A stretch of 60,125 nt of DNA, filler included, from 3 parts of 3 records of this genome joined end to end with filler, not necessarily neighbours in it; one strand, 5' to 3'; positions 19,820-29,659 are shown, numbered from the whole stretch's first letter. A program made the numbers and translations. The notes: generated by a model not told the origin, from the sequence alone.

Positions 19820-19860
19820 ACTTGGTTCTATGTCTGGTTTTTTAGTTGTTCTGTACTAAT

Positions 19861-19886
19861 GACGTTGCAAAAAATGCAACGTTGCA
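19861..19886 (-). promoter_or_regulatory. Probable ECF autoregulatory promoter TGCAAC-N16-CGTC
   Basis: Minus strand reads tgcaac gttgcattttttgcaa cgtc, about 40 nt upstream of the sigma gene; matches the ECF AAC/CGT pattern. Confidence 0.7.
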
Positions 19887-19915
19887 AATTAGGGCGTTTT
19901 TTATTCAATTTTAAC

Positions 19916-19949
19916 AAAAAAAAGCCCCGTTGAAAAATCAACAGGGCTC
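19916..19949 (-). terminator. Rho-independent terminator of ohr
   Basis: gccc.gttga-aaaa-tcaac.gggc stem with a preceding A8 (T8 on the minus strand). Confidence 0.7.
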
Positions 19950-19970
19950 ATTATTAAGAAGTTAAACCAA

Positions 19971-20396
19971 TTATTCGTCCAACAACAAATTTAGGTGAAC
20001 TGTGATATTATCACGCGTTGCCTTGCTGTAAGGACACATATCGTGGGCTTCGTTGATAATAGTTTCACCTGTTTCCTTATCTACCGTGGGCAAATACGTA
20101 TCCAAAGTAACCTCTAAGAAAAATCCATCGTCTTCCTTATTAAAGGCAACTATGGCCGTAACGCTAAAATCCCCAAGATCATCAATATCATGGCTTTTGG
20201 CAACAGCCTCCACTGCACCTGCGTAGCAAGTAGAATATGCGGCGGCAAACAGCTCCTCCGGATTTGTAGATTTTGGATCAGGCTTTCCCTTAGAATTCGG
20301 CATGCTGATGGGAAAGTCCAAAACACCGTCCTCGCTCTTTACGTGTCCTGATCTTCCTCCTGTATTGGTGGCCTGGGCCTCAAAAATAGTCTTCAT
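19971..20396 (-). CDS. ohr: Organic hydroperoxide resistance protein (Ohr/OsmC family)
   Basis: TGGRSG, TNPEELFAAAYSTCY, AHDMCPYSKATRDNI. Confidence 0.92.
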   Translation of the reverse strand: MKTIFEAQATNTGGRSGHVKSEDGVLDFPISMPNSKGKPDPKSTNPEELFAAAYSTCYAGAVEAVAKSHDIDDLGDFSVTAIVAFNKEDDGFFLEVTLDTYLPTVDKETGETIINEAHDMCPYSKATRDNITVHLNLLLDE

Positions 20397-20607
20397 CTTT
20401 TAAATGTTTATAGGTTCATAAAAATCGGCAGCTTTGCAGTTGCCAATCATTAAACGAATAAGGTACCAATTTGCTAGCGGATGTCAGCTCAAATAGATAT
20501 TAAATTTTTGTGAAATGGATAGATTGGAAATCCGCCTTCAAACAGACCAAAGAACTGACAAACCCGTAAAATCTTCATAAATTCGTATAAACTGATGAAC
20601 CGTACGC

Positions 20608-21651
20608 TTGGCAGACGATAATAAAACACCTTCGAACACCATTTCCAAAATCAAGGCGCTCAGAAAACAAGAGCTTTCTGCCGATGCCTTGGCACAAGGT
20701 ATTTTTGATGGTAACAAAGCTATGCTTGCCAAAGCCATAACCCTTTTGGAAAGCACAAGGACGGCCCATTTTGAAAAAGCAAACGCCGTTATTGAAAAGT
20801 GTCTTACCCGACCCACGAACAGTATTCGTTTGGGAATTACGGGAGTTCCCGGGGTCGGTAAAAGCTCATTTATCGAAACCTTGGGCAAAACCCTTACAGA
20901 CCAAGGCAACAAGGTGGCCGTTTTGGCCGTGGACCCCACCAGCTCTTTGAGCAAGGGAAGCATTTTAGGCGATAAAACCCGAATGGAAACCTTGGCCAAG
21001 GACCCAAACGCCTTTATCCGCCCCTCCCCTTCCGGAACCTCCTTGGGCGGTGTGGCGCAAAAAACCCGTGAAAGTATCATCCTCTGTGAAACTGCTGGCT
21101 ACAATGTGATCTTGGTAGAAACCGTAGGTGTTGGCCAAAGTGAAATAGCGGTACACAGCATGGTGGATTTTTTCCTGCTTTTAAAATTATCAGGTGCTGG
21201 CGACGAACTGCAAGGCATAAAAAGGGGCATTATGGAAATGGCCGATGCCATAGCCATAAACAAAGCGGATGGCAGTAATTTGGAGCACGCCAAGCTGGCC
21301 GTAAGCGAATTTTCCAGAGCATTGCACCTGTATCCGCCCAAAGCCAATGGATGGACGCCCAAAGTGATGAAGTGTTCCGCGGTGGAAAAAACAGGCATTG
21401 AAGAAATCTGGGGAATGGTGCAGCAATTTGTCGAGCACAACAAGAAAAATGGCTTTTTTGAAAAGAACCGACAGCAACAGAACAAGAACTGGTTTCTTCA
21501 AACGGTGGACGAATACATCAAACAATTTTTCCATCAAAAAGAAACTTTTAAAATAGAACAGGCCCAATTGTTGACAGAAATCGAAGACCACAAAATTTCG
21601 CCGTTCTACGCCGCAAAAGTCCTATTGGACAAGATTACCAAGGAACTTTAA
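20608..21651 (+). CDS. meaB: Methylmalonyl-CoA mutase-associated GTPase
   Basis: GITGVPGVGKS, VDPTSS...GSILGDKTRM, VETVGVGQSE, GDELQGIKRG, NKAD. Confidence 0.95.
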   Translation: MADDNKTPSNTISKIKALRKQELSADALAQGIFDGNKAMLAKAITLLESTRTAHFEKANAVIEKCLTRPTNSIRLGITGVPGVGKSSFIETLGKTLTDQGNKVAVLAVDPTSSLSKGSILGDKTRMETLAKDPNAFIRPSPSGTSLGGVAQKTRESIILCETAGYNVILVETVGVGQSEIAVHSMVDFFLLLKLSGAGDELQGIKRGIMEMADAIAINKADGSNLEHAKLAVSEFSRALHLYPPKANGWTPKVMKCSAVEKTGIEEIWGMVQQFVEHNKKNGFFEKNRQQQNKNWFLQTVDEYIKQFFHQKETFKIEQAQLLTEIEDHKISPFYAAKVLLDKITKEL

Positions 21652-21686
21652 ATAAAAGCAATAAATTTGCACAGATTTTATACTGA

Positions 21687-22649
21687 ATGAGCACTGTTAC
21701 CGACTCCCTTTTATCCATAGTGGTTCCTTTGTACAACGAGGAGGACAATGTGGTCCTTTTGACCCAAAAAATCAACGAGAGCCTTGAGGGATACAACTAT
21801 CAAATTGTATACGTGGATGATTTTTCCACGGATAAAACCCGCATCAAGGTCAAGGAAATGGATGATAAAAGAGTCCATTTGATTGAATTGAAAAAGAACT
21901 ACGGCCAGAGTTTGGCCTTGGCAGCAGGAATCGATTATGCCGAAGGAGAATATATTATCACCATGGACGGGGATTTGCAAAACGACCCCTCCGATATTCC
22001 GGGAATGTTGGAATACGCCATTACCGAAGAATATGACCTCGTTACGGGCATACGTCAGAAAAGAAAGGACTCCCAAGTCAAAAAAATACCGTCCAAAATC
22101 GCTAACTTTTTGGTACGGAGGGTTACCAAACTTGACATTAAGGACAATGGCTGTGCGCTCAAGGTTTTCACCAAGGATATAGCGAAAAGCCTGAATTTGT
22201 ATGGCGAGATGCACCGGTTCATCACACTTTTGGCCCATTTGGAAGGTGCACAGATAAAACAAGTTCCGGTAAAACATCACGCCAGGCACGCTGGGGTTTC
22301 CAAATACGGTTTGGAACGGGTTTTTAAGGTAGTGGCCGATATGATGCTGTTACTGTTCATTAGAAAATACTTCCAACGCCCCATCCATCTCTTCGGAATC
22401 TTTGGGGTGCTACTGGTAATCCTTGGGGTTTTGATCAACGTTTACTTATTGATTGTAAAACTCGGATTTGGACAGGATATCGGAACCAGACCATTGCTTA
22501 TTTTCGGGATGATGTTTATTGTTGGTGGAATCCAATTGTTCACCATCGGAATTGTGATGGAACTTTTGATTCGTACCTACTACGAATCACAGCAGAAGCG
22601 ACCATATCGCATTAAAAAAATCAGCATAGGTGACGGAAAAGCTGCGTAA
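21687..22649 (+). CDS. GT2 polyprenol-phosphate glycosyltransferase (ArnC/GtrB/DPM1-like)
   Basis: VPLYNEE, DDFSTD, NYGQ, MDGDLQNDP, HRFI; two C-terminal TMs. Confidence 0.9.
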   Translation: MSTVTDSLLSIVVPLYNEEDNVVLLTQKINESLEGYNYQIVYVDDFSTDKTRIKVKEMDDKRVHLIELKKNYGQSLALAAGIDYAEGEYIITMDGDLQNDPSDIPGMLEYAITEEYDLVTGIRQKRKDSQVKKIPSKIANFLVRRVTKLDIKDNGCALKVFTKDIAKSLNLYGEMHRFITLLAHLEGAQIKQVPVKHHARHAGVSKYGLERVFKVVADMMLLLFIRKYFQRPIHLFGIFGVLLVILGVLINVYLLIVKLGFGQDIGTRPLLIFGMMFIVGGIQLFTIGIVMELLIRTYYESQQKRPYRIKKISIGDGKAA

Positions 22650-23502
22650 AAAGAGCATTACTGCTCTAAAAATTATTATCAGTGCAGTATTGATTTACTT
22701 TATTTTTACCAAAATAGAGTTGAAGGATGTGCTCCAAACGCTAAAAAAGAGCGACCCACTATACTTATTCTTAGCGTTGCTGTTTTTTGTATTGTCCAAA
22801 GTTTTATCGGCTTTTAGAACCAACTTATATTTCCATCAAATCGGAGCAAAGATTTCCCAGTTGAGCAATTTGAAGCTTTACTTGTTGGGAATGTTCTACA
22901 ACCTGTTCCTGCCTGGAGGCATTGGCGGAGATGCCTACAAAGGCTACGTGATACAGAAAGAATATCAACCCGGCACCAAAAAAGTGGTGTCCAGTTTGCT
23001 GCTGGATCGTTTAAGCGGGATGTTGTTGCTTTTTGTATATGCTTGTGTTCTTGCCCTGTTGTCCAAAAATGAATTTTTCCAAAGCTTTTATGGGTTGATT
23101 GTAGCTGCCATTCCATTGAGTGTGGTTGTGTTTTGGTTCGTGAACAAGACCTTTTTTTCCACCACCCTACCCGTTTTTTGGAAATCCGTGGGATTTTCGG
23201 CCTTAGTACAATTGGCACAATTGGTCAGTGTACTTTTCATTTTGAAGTCTTTGTCCGTACGTTTGGATACCATTGAATACCTGTTTGTATTTCTGGTTTC
23301 TTCGATTGTCTCCGTAATTCCTTTGACCATTGGAGGGATTGGCAGTAGGGAGGTTACCTTTTTATACGGGGCAAAATGGCTGGGATTAGATGAGAGCACA
23401 TCCATTGGGATTAGCTTCGCTTTCTTTTTAATTACTGCCCTAACTTCGCTGTTTGGGGTGATCTATCACTTTAAAAAACCAAAACTGGAATCCGTGGACT
23501 AG
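22630..23502 (+). CDS. Lysylphosphatidylglycerol synthase TM-domain / flippase-like protein
   Basis: GMFYNLFLPGGIGGD, LLDRLSG, PLTIGGIGSRE; polytopic. Confidence 0.85.
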   Translation: MTEKLRKKSITALKIIISAVLIYFIFTKIELKDVLQTLKKSDPLYLFLALLFFVLSKVLSAFRTNLYFHQIGAKISQLSNLKLYLLGMFYNLFLPGGIGGDAYKGYVIQKEYQPGTKKVVSSLLLDRLSGMLLLFVYACVLALLSKNEFFQSFYGLIVAAIPLSVVVFWFVNKTFFSTTLPVFWKSVGFSALVQLAQLVSVLFILKSLSVRLDTIEYLFVFLVSSIVSVIPLTIGGIGSREVTFLYGAKWLGLDESTSIGISFAFFLITALTSLFGVIYHFKKPKLESVD

Positions 23503-25157
23503 TCCAAATGCACCAAATGCATTTTGTTCAATTTATCTTCTCGGGTATTCGGATTTAGGAATTTGATCTGCAATCGGGTGATACGGAACTGATCCACGGT
23601 AATTTGCTCGTCCCAAGCAATTCCATTGTCTTTCAATTGTTTTAATTCGTCATCCGTGGCGTAGACCCAAACATCCTCCTTTTTGGCAATTTCCGGTATT
23701 GAAACTATTTCAACCGGCTTTTTGTTATAGAAATCCAACGACCAAGAATATCTTTCCGAGATCTTATAAATATTGTCCACGGGAATATTGTTCTCCCGTA
23801 CCTTTTCTGCCATATTGGAACCACCTTGATAATCGAGCAGTTTGGGGTAAAAATGGGCATTCATTAAACCGTTTAACAGAACTGAACTCAAAATGCCTAT
23901 CGTTAAAATTTTTGTGTAGGGAGTTTCTTTTTGGATGATTAAATATGCAACCAATGCGAGCGCTATCAACAATAACAAATAGCTGTACCAATGCTCCAAT
24001 TTGAAGACGTAGAAGCTCACCAACAGCGCAAAGACCACCACCAATCCCAATATAAAATATTGGATGCCCAAAATCACCTTGGCCATCTTCAATTTCTGAT
24101 CCTGATACAGAACAAATAGAAAAGCTGCGGATAAAATCGAATACAAAGGCATCAAAATGTTCATGTAGTGCGGCAATTTAAACTGCGCAAAACTGATGAG
24201 AAGGAACAAAATGGAAATCCCGCCCACGGTCAGAAATTCCAAATTGGGTCTGTAAGCAAACTTGGCTTCCCAGAAGGCTTTTACCTTCGTCCAGTAGCCA
24301 ATCAAAGCAAGAACCGTCCAAGGCAGGAAAACCCACAAAAAAGTATGGAAGAAAAAGAAAAAATCACTACTGTTCTTCCCAACGCCCTCTCCACTCATAC
24401 GTTCAAAACTCTGCTCCCAAAAAATAAAGAAGATACCGCTTCGATTGTCCTTGCCACGAATCACTTTTTCGGGATGTAAATCAAACTGATGGTAATACGC
24501 ATACAGCATTGGGGCAATCGTCAATCCAAATACCAAAACGGCCACTAAGATTCTCCAATTGAGCAATCGTCCCCACTTTCGGGTATAAGCCAAGTGGCAA
24601 AGAATGGAAATACCAATCACGACCAAGGCAATCTGCCCTTTGGTGGAAAAAGCCATTCCCGCTCCAAAGGCCCCCAAAGCAATACTTTTTAGTGTTCCCT
24701 TTTCAATATAGGTCGCCAATTGCCAGATGGAAAATATGGTGAATCCTGTCAACACAGCATCGGTACGGACATCAATGTTGGCCAAAACCATGGTTTGAGC
24801 CGTCATAAAAATCAATGAGGCGAACCGACCTACATCCTTATTATATAGTAATTTTCCAAGTCCGTAGCAGCTATAAGCCCCCAACAAAGTGGACAAAATA
24901 CCTGGAATGCGGTACGCCCAATCGTGAACACCAAAAATTTTATAGGAAAGTGCGGCCAACCAGTAGTGCATATGTGGCTTGTCCAGATATTCTTCAGGTC
25001 CTTTAAACAGGCTCAAAAAATCATTTTCCTGCGCCATTCGCATGGCCATGACCGCAAATTGGGCGGAATCGTTCTCGAACAGGGTCGCGAACATCCCAAT
25101 GATGTACACCAAGACAATCAATCCAATATAAAACCAGTATCTGGCGGTCGAAATCAT
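23499..25157 (-). CDS. ArnT/PMT-like (GT-C) integral membrane glycosyltransferase
   Basis: ENDSAQF, YLDKPHMHYW, DVRTD, TKG, KLPHY; likely start at ATG 25157, which overlaps the upstream TGA (ATGA). Confidence 0.88.
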   Translation of the reverse strand: MISTARYWFYIGLIVLVYIIGMFATLFENDSAQFAVMAMRMAQENDFLSLFKGPEEYLDKPHMHYWLAALSYKIFGVHDWAYRIPGILSTLLGAYSCYGLGKLLYNKDVGRFASLIFMTAQTMVLANIDVRTDAVLTGFTIFSIWQLATYIEKGTLKSIALGAFGAGMAFSTKGQIALVVIGISILCHLAYTRKWGRLLNWRILVAVLVFGLTIAPMLYAYYHQFDLHPEKVIRGKDNRSGIFFIFWEQSFERMSGEGVGKNSSDFFFFFHTFLWVFLPWTVLALIGYWTKVKAFWEAKFAYRPNLEFLTVGGISILFLLISFAQFKLPHYMNILMPLYSILSAAFLFVLYQDQKLKMAKVILGIQYFILGLVVVFALLVSFYVFKLEHWYSYLLLLIALALVAYLIIQKETPYTKILTIGILSSVLLNGLMNAHFYPKLLDYQGGSNMAEKVRENNIPVDNIYKISERYSWSLDFYNKKPVEIVSIPEIAKKEDVWVYATDDELKQLKDNGIAWDEQITVDQFRITRLQIKFLNPNTREDKLNKMHLVHLD

Positions 25158-25723
25158 ACCCCTGTTTTTTGGAAAGCAAATATAGCCAACTTGGCCCACA
25201 ACCAACCGAAAAGTGACCCTACCAAGACGCCTGTCAGCACGTCCAACGGATAATGCACGCCAATATAAATACGGCTATAGGCCACAATACAGGCCCAAAA
25301 CAGCAAAACCCAAGAAATATATTTCACTTTATTTATGAACAACACCGTAAAGAAAATCGCTGGGCCAAATGAGTTGGCCGCGTGGGCAGAAAAATACCCA
25401 AATTGTCCGCCGCAATAACTTTTTACCAAGCGCATTGCACTGCTTACTTCGGGTTCGTGGCAGGGACGCAAACGACCGATGCCATACTTGAAAAAGTTGG
25501 ACAGTTGATCGGTGCAAGTAATCAGCAAAGCGATGGACACCAAAATAATTCCTGTTCCCTTCCAACCAAAGGTTCTGTAAGATAAATAGAATAACAGTAG
25601 ATAAAGTGGCGCAGAGTTTCTGGTCGTCGTTATGAACATCCAGAAGCCGTCCCACGCTTCGGTTCCCAATCCGTTAAGGAACAAAAACAGTTCTTTATCG
25701 TATTGCAGTACTTGTTCGATCAT
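25154..25723 (-). CDS. PAP2 family phosphatase
   Basis: KYGIGRLRP, FSAHA, SRIYIGVHYPLD. Confidence 0.92.
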   Translation of the reverse strand: MIEQVLQYDKELFLFLNGLGTEAWDGFWMFITTTRNSAPLYLLLFYLSYRTFGWKGTGIILVSIALLITCTDQLSNFFKYGIGRLRPCHEPEVSSAMRLVKSYCGGQFGYFSAHAANSFGPAIFFTVLFINKVKYISWVLLFWACIVAYSRIYIGVHYPLDVLTGVLVGSLFGWLWAKLAIFAFQKTGV

Positions 25724-25950
25724 TAATCGTCGTATCTGGAGACTTCTCGATCATAAAAAGCAGTGGCTGCCTCAATCAGGTTTTCTGTTTCGTCCATTAA
25801 ATCGGCTTCATCTTCTTTGGAGAATTCTTCCATCCATTCGACTTCATCATTCTCTAGGTTAATAATGAATCGTGGGTATTCCGTGTGAACGATAAAAATG
25901 GCCTCGGGAAAATCCGTATTGTCGGCCAATAAAAATTTAGGTAGTTCCAT
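25723..25950 (-). CDS. Small acidic hypothetical protein
   Basis: MELPKFLLADN...FIVHTEYPRFII; stop overlaps the PAP2 start (TAATG). Confidence 0.8.
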   Translation of the reverse strand: MELPKFLLADNTDFPEAIFIVHTEYPRFIINLENDEVEWMEEFSKEDEADLMDETENLIEAATAFYDREVSRYDD

Positions 25951-26002
25951 TTATCAAATAGTTAGATTTCAAATTGTTGGAATCTTTTTAATTCAAGCGC
26001 CT

Positions 26003-26225
26003 TTATCTATTAGTTTTTAGCTTTTCTGCTACCTCGTCATAATATTCTTGTGACAGTACTTCAATCCACGTTGTTGGCTGTTCGCCACTATACAAAGCCA
26101 AATACGTAACATCACTGAACTTTGTTGAGGAATGCCAATGCTCAATATTTTTTTCACATTTAATAACATCGCCTGCTTTTAGTATCATAGGTTCTTTACC
26201 TCTTTCTTGATAATATGCTTCTCCA
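26003..26225 (-). CDS. Cupin domain protein, C-terminal fragment (truncated by the gap)
   Basis: GEAYYQERGKEPMILKAGDVIKCEKNIEHWH cupin motif 2. Confidence 0.75.
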
Positions 26226-26325
26226 NNNNNNNNNNNNNNNNNNNNNNNNNNNNNNNNNNNNNNNNNNNNTTAATTAATTAANNNNNNNNNNNNNNNNNNN
26301 NNNNNNNNNNNNNNNNNNNNNNNNN
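26226..26325. other. Artificial contig spacer: N44-TTAATTAATTAA-N44
   Basis: N runs flanking a six-frame stop linker at 26270-26281. Confidence 0.98.
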
Positions 26326-26774
26326 ACAAACCGCCAGCCGATGGTGGTGTCATATATCTCTGCCTGGCGCGAGAAAGCCCCAGTTGCCTTGGGCATCACA
26401 AACGGCGCACGGGACATGCTCTCAACCCCGCCGGCGATTGTAAGCTCGGCCTCCCCGGCCATGACAGCTCGCCCGGCCTGGGCGAGCGCTTCAAGGCCTG
26501 AGCCGCACAAACGGTTAACCGTCACCGCAGGCACATCAACAGGAAGACCCGCAAGAAGCGCCGCCATACGCCCCACATTACGGTTATCCTCGCCCGCCTG
26601 ATTGGCACAGCCGTAAAACAGGTCATCCACCAACGCCCAGTCGACACCTGCGTTCCGCTCCATCAACGCCTTTATGGGGTGAGCGGCGAGGTCGTCCGTT
26701 CGCACGGCTGAGAGGCCACCGCCATATCGTCCAACCGGCGTCCTGATACCGTCACAAATAAAGGCCGTTTGCAT
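26326..26774 (-). CDS. pcaF: 3-oxoadipyl-CoA thiolase (PcaF/PaaJ type), N-terminal part
   Basis: RTPVGRYGG, GCANQAGEDNRNVGRMA, NRLCGSG, GVESMSRAPFV, DTTIGWRF; cut by the gap. Confidence 0.88.
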
Positions 26775-26962
26775 TTAACACTCCCCATAGCTCACATTAT
26801 TTAAGGGCTAAAATAAATAGCATACCAGAAAATGCCAGTGTCAATTTCAGATAACCGGCGCTCCCTCACGGGAAGTGGAATCAGGTCACCTTCATTGCCT
26901 TTTTAATCGCTCGTATTAACTATAGGTCAAAGCCTAAGATGGACTAGGGGAAGGACAAAATA

Positions 26963-28114
26963 ATGGCGCTTGATCAGGATACCCTCAAACAGCTGTGCGA
27001 AACGCTTGAGCGTTATGTTCACGACCGGCTTATCCCCGCTGAGCGTGAAGTCGCAGACACGGACAAAATTCCTGATGATATTGTCTCAGAGATCCGTGAC
27101 CTTGGGCTGTTTTCCCTTTCCATCCCTGAAGAATTTGGCGGCCTTGGCCTCAATATGCAGGAAGAGGTTGAGGTTGCGATGGTGATTGGCGAGGCCGCCC
27201 CTGCGTTTCGATCCATCTTTGGCACCAACGTAGGCATTGGCTCACAAGCAATTGTGCTTGACGGCACACCTGAGCAAAAGGCCACCTATCTGCCAAAGCT
27301 CGCGTCCGGTGAGCTTATTGGCTCCTTCTGCTTAACGGAGCCCGAAGCAGGATCTGATGCCGGATCACTGCGCACCACAGCGAAGCGTGACGATGAGGAT
27401 TATATCCTGAACGGCACCAAACGTTTCATCACCAATGCTCCCTATGCTGGCCTTTTTACCGTCATGGCGCGCACTGATCTCGAGAGCAACGACGCGCGCG
27501 GGGTTTCAGCTTTTCTGGTTGAGGCGGGTACGCCCGGCCTGCGCATCGGCAAACCTGAGAAAAAAATGGGCCAGCAAGGTGCGCCGGTTGCTGACGTGAT
27601 CTTTGAAGATTGCCGGGTGCCCGCAGTGAATATCATTGGTGGACGCGAGAATATGGGCTTCCGCACCGCCATGAAGGTGCTTGATAAAGGCAGGCTGCAT
27701 ATCTCAGCCGTTTGCACCGGGCTTGCCAAACGCGTGCTGCGCGACACCGTGCGCTATGCCAAGGAACGGAAGCAGTTCGGCAACGCCATCTCTGATTTCC
27801 AGCTCATTCAAGCCATGATTGCCGATAGCCAGATGGAGATATATGCGGCTGAGTGCATGATCCGCGACGCCGCAAAAGCGCGGGATTCTGGCGAAGACAC
27901 CAAACGCAAGGCCTCATGCACAAAACTGTTTGCCTCAGAAATGGTGGGGCGGGTGGTTGACCGGGCCGTGCAGATATACGGCGGTGCAGGATACATCGCA
28001 GACTATGGCATTGAGCAGTTGTACCGCGACGCACGCCTGTTCCGCATTTATGAGGGCACCAGCCAGATACAGCAGCTTATCATCGCCAAAGATGTCATCG
28101 CGGCCACAGACTAG
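26963..28114 (+). CDS. Acyl-CoA dehydrogenase
   Basis: FCLTEPEAGSDA, NGTKRFITNA, RKQFG, QIYGGAGY, IYEGTSQIQ. Confidence 0.95.
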   Translation: MALDQDTLKQLCETLERYVHDRLIPAEREVADTDKIPDDIVSEIRDLGLFSLSIPEEFGGLGLNMQEEVEVAMVIGEAAPAFRSIFGTNVGIGSQAIVLDGTPEQKATYLPKLASGELIGSFCLTEPEAGSDAGSLRTTAKRDDEDYILNGTKRFITNAPYAGLFTVMARTDLESNDARGVSAFLVEAGTPGLRIGKPEKKMGQQGAPVADVIFEDCRVPAVNIIGGRENMGFRTAMKVLDKGRLHISAVCTGLAKRVLRDTVRYAKERKQFGNAISDFQLIQAMIADSQMEIYAAECMIRDAAKARDSGEDTKRKASCTKLFASEMVGRVVDRAVQIYGGAGYIADYGIEQLYRDARLFRIYEGTSQIQQLIIAKDVIAATD

Positions 28115-28256
28115 GGAGCAACCGGGTAGCCTTATCGCCACAACACAGCCGCATATTTTGTGATCACATTTCTGCCGATAGTTTGATATGATACATCCAA
28201 CGCAAAACCAGAGCCTTGAAGGTTTATGGTCAAACATAACAGGGAGCGCCAATCAT

Positions 28257-28709
28257 ATGCGGTATCTAAGCCTTATTTTTGTGATCAGTATCCTATTCAG
28301 TTCAGCTGCTTTTGCAGATAAAAACGATCACGCCCATCCCAAAAAAATCTCCAAGGATCAGATTGCAGGTCAGTTTTTCTCCGATCACGAACCGCTTGTG
28401 CAAGAGCATGAAAGCGAGATCGGCACCTACCAGACACAGGACATCGAGAACTTCCTCTCTGCCGACAAGAAGTTCGATAGTGGCATGTACCGCTCCGGCC
28501 CCGTGCGCATGACAATCGATCACTACGGTGTTGATGAATTTATGTATTTTGTTGAGGGCGGCGTAACACTGACCTCCGCCGACGGCACCGTGACCGAGAT
28601 CGGCCCAGGCGACGCCGTCACTATCGGTCGTGACTGGAAAGGCGTTTGGGATTCAAAAGGTTACATGAAGATTTATGTGATCTATTCCGCTGATGAACCG
28701 CTCGAGTAA
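28257..28709 (+). CDS. Exported cupin protein (DUF861/Cupin_3-like)
   Basis: Signal peptide MRYLSLIFVISILFSSAAFA; DEFMYFVEGGVTLT...IGPGDAV...WKGVW; RBS agggag upstream. Confidence 0.8.
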   Translation: MRYLSLIFVISILFSSAAFADKNDHAHPKKISKDQIAGQFFSDHEPLVQEHESEIGTYQTQDIENFLSADKKFDSGMYRSGPVRMTIDHYGVDEFMYFVEGGVTLTSADGTVTEIGPGDAVTIGRDWKGVWDSKGYMKIYVIYSADEPLE

Positions 28710-28726
28710 CAAGAGCACCAAGCAAT

Positions 28727-28755
28727 AAAAAAGGCGGGGAAATCCCCGCCTTTTT
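28727..28755. terminator. Bidirectional Rho-independent terminator
   Basis: aaaaaa-ggcgggga-aa-tccccgcc-ttttt between convergent genes. Confidence 0.9.
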
Positions 28756-28786
28756 CTCCCCTGATAGGGAATATTCTCTAGGCTGG

Positions 28787-29221
28787 TTAATCAATAACCC
28801 CGGCGCAATCAGCGTGGGACATGCCCAGCGACGCCGCAACACTATTAAAGAACTCAACCTCAAACGGGCTGACTTTACCGTCTACCTTGATCACTTCCGC
28901 GAGCGCACCCACGATCATCTTGCTGTCTTCAGCGCCGATCTTGGAACTCACTTTGGAAAGGTAACGCTCAAGCGTTGCTTCATTGTAGAGGTCAGAAAGA
29001 GCTGCAACACGAATGTCCTTTTCGCTCACTTCGTCACCCGTACGGTCCTTGATGATGCCCTGAACAGTAGCAATCTCAATCCCCGAAATATTGGTATCAG
29101 CGTTGGTTGCGCGTGACAGCGCCATCAAAAGCGCCTCGCGTACCAACTGTTTCTTGCCTTCAGCGTCGAGCTCTTTGCCCCGAAAAAGGTTCATAATATT
29201 TTCTAGTTGTGCGAGCGGCAT
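28787..29221 (-). CDS. TerB-like family protein
   Basis: Two helical halves with ATNADTNISGIE and VIKVDGKVSPFE (D-G-x-x-x-x-E type) motifs; RBS gagggg before ATG 29221. Confidence 0.65.
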   Translation of the reverse strand: MPLAQLENIMNLFRGKELDAEGKKQLVREALLMALSRATNADTNISGIEIATVQGIIKDRTGDEVSEKDIRVAALSDLYNEATLERYLSKVSSKIGAEDSKMIVGALAEVIKVDGKVSPFEVEFFNSVAASLGMSHADCAGVID

Positions 29222-29659
29222 ATTACCCTTCCCCTCATCAAATCTTGGATACAGTATAGTATAGGATAAACGTTCTGGCAGATACCAACCCAAATTTGCG
29301 CCGGGGTCAAGGTCGGAAACAGGTTTCTTTTCAAAACGGCCAAGTACAGGCTCGTTTCAATCCTTCTCTGCCAAACAAATGTACCCGACACCAGTAAGCT
29401 GGCGCGCTGTCAAATTCTACCGCTACTTCAAAGACAAGCGGCGAAATTGATAAAATTTTAAATAAATCCGGGACAAGAGACCCTTTCCACAAACAAAAAA
29501 GCCGCAACTTTCCCTATTATTTCAAAACTAGACAAACAAAATTGGACATTGATCCAGAAAGTCTGATAGTAGTTTCGCAGTCGAACTTGCAAGGGGGTCG
29601 CAAGCTTGAAGATGAGAGCCCAATTAACCTAATAAACGTAAGAAAAACACGAAATAGGT

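Noticed and set aside
9887..21651. PduO + MeaB as a novel B12 cluster or cobalamin riboswitch locus
   Set aside because: They are 10 kb apart and are ordinary accessory genes of methylmalonyl-CoA mutase; I recognised no riboswitch core
26270..26281. TTAATTAATTAA as a biological site (IS target, CtrA box or att site)
   Set aside because: Centred in N runs and repeated identically at 45526-45537, so it is an assembly linker
26226..26325. Bacteroidota-to-Alphaproteobacteria transition as a giant HGT island
   Set aside because: The junction is a gap with truncated genes on both sides, no integrase, and core genes in both parts
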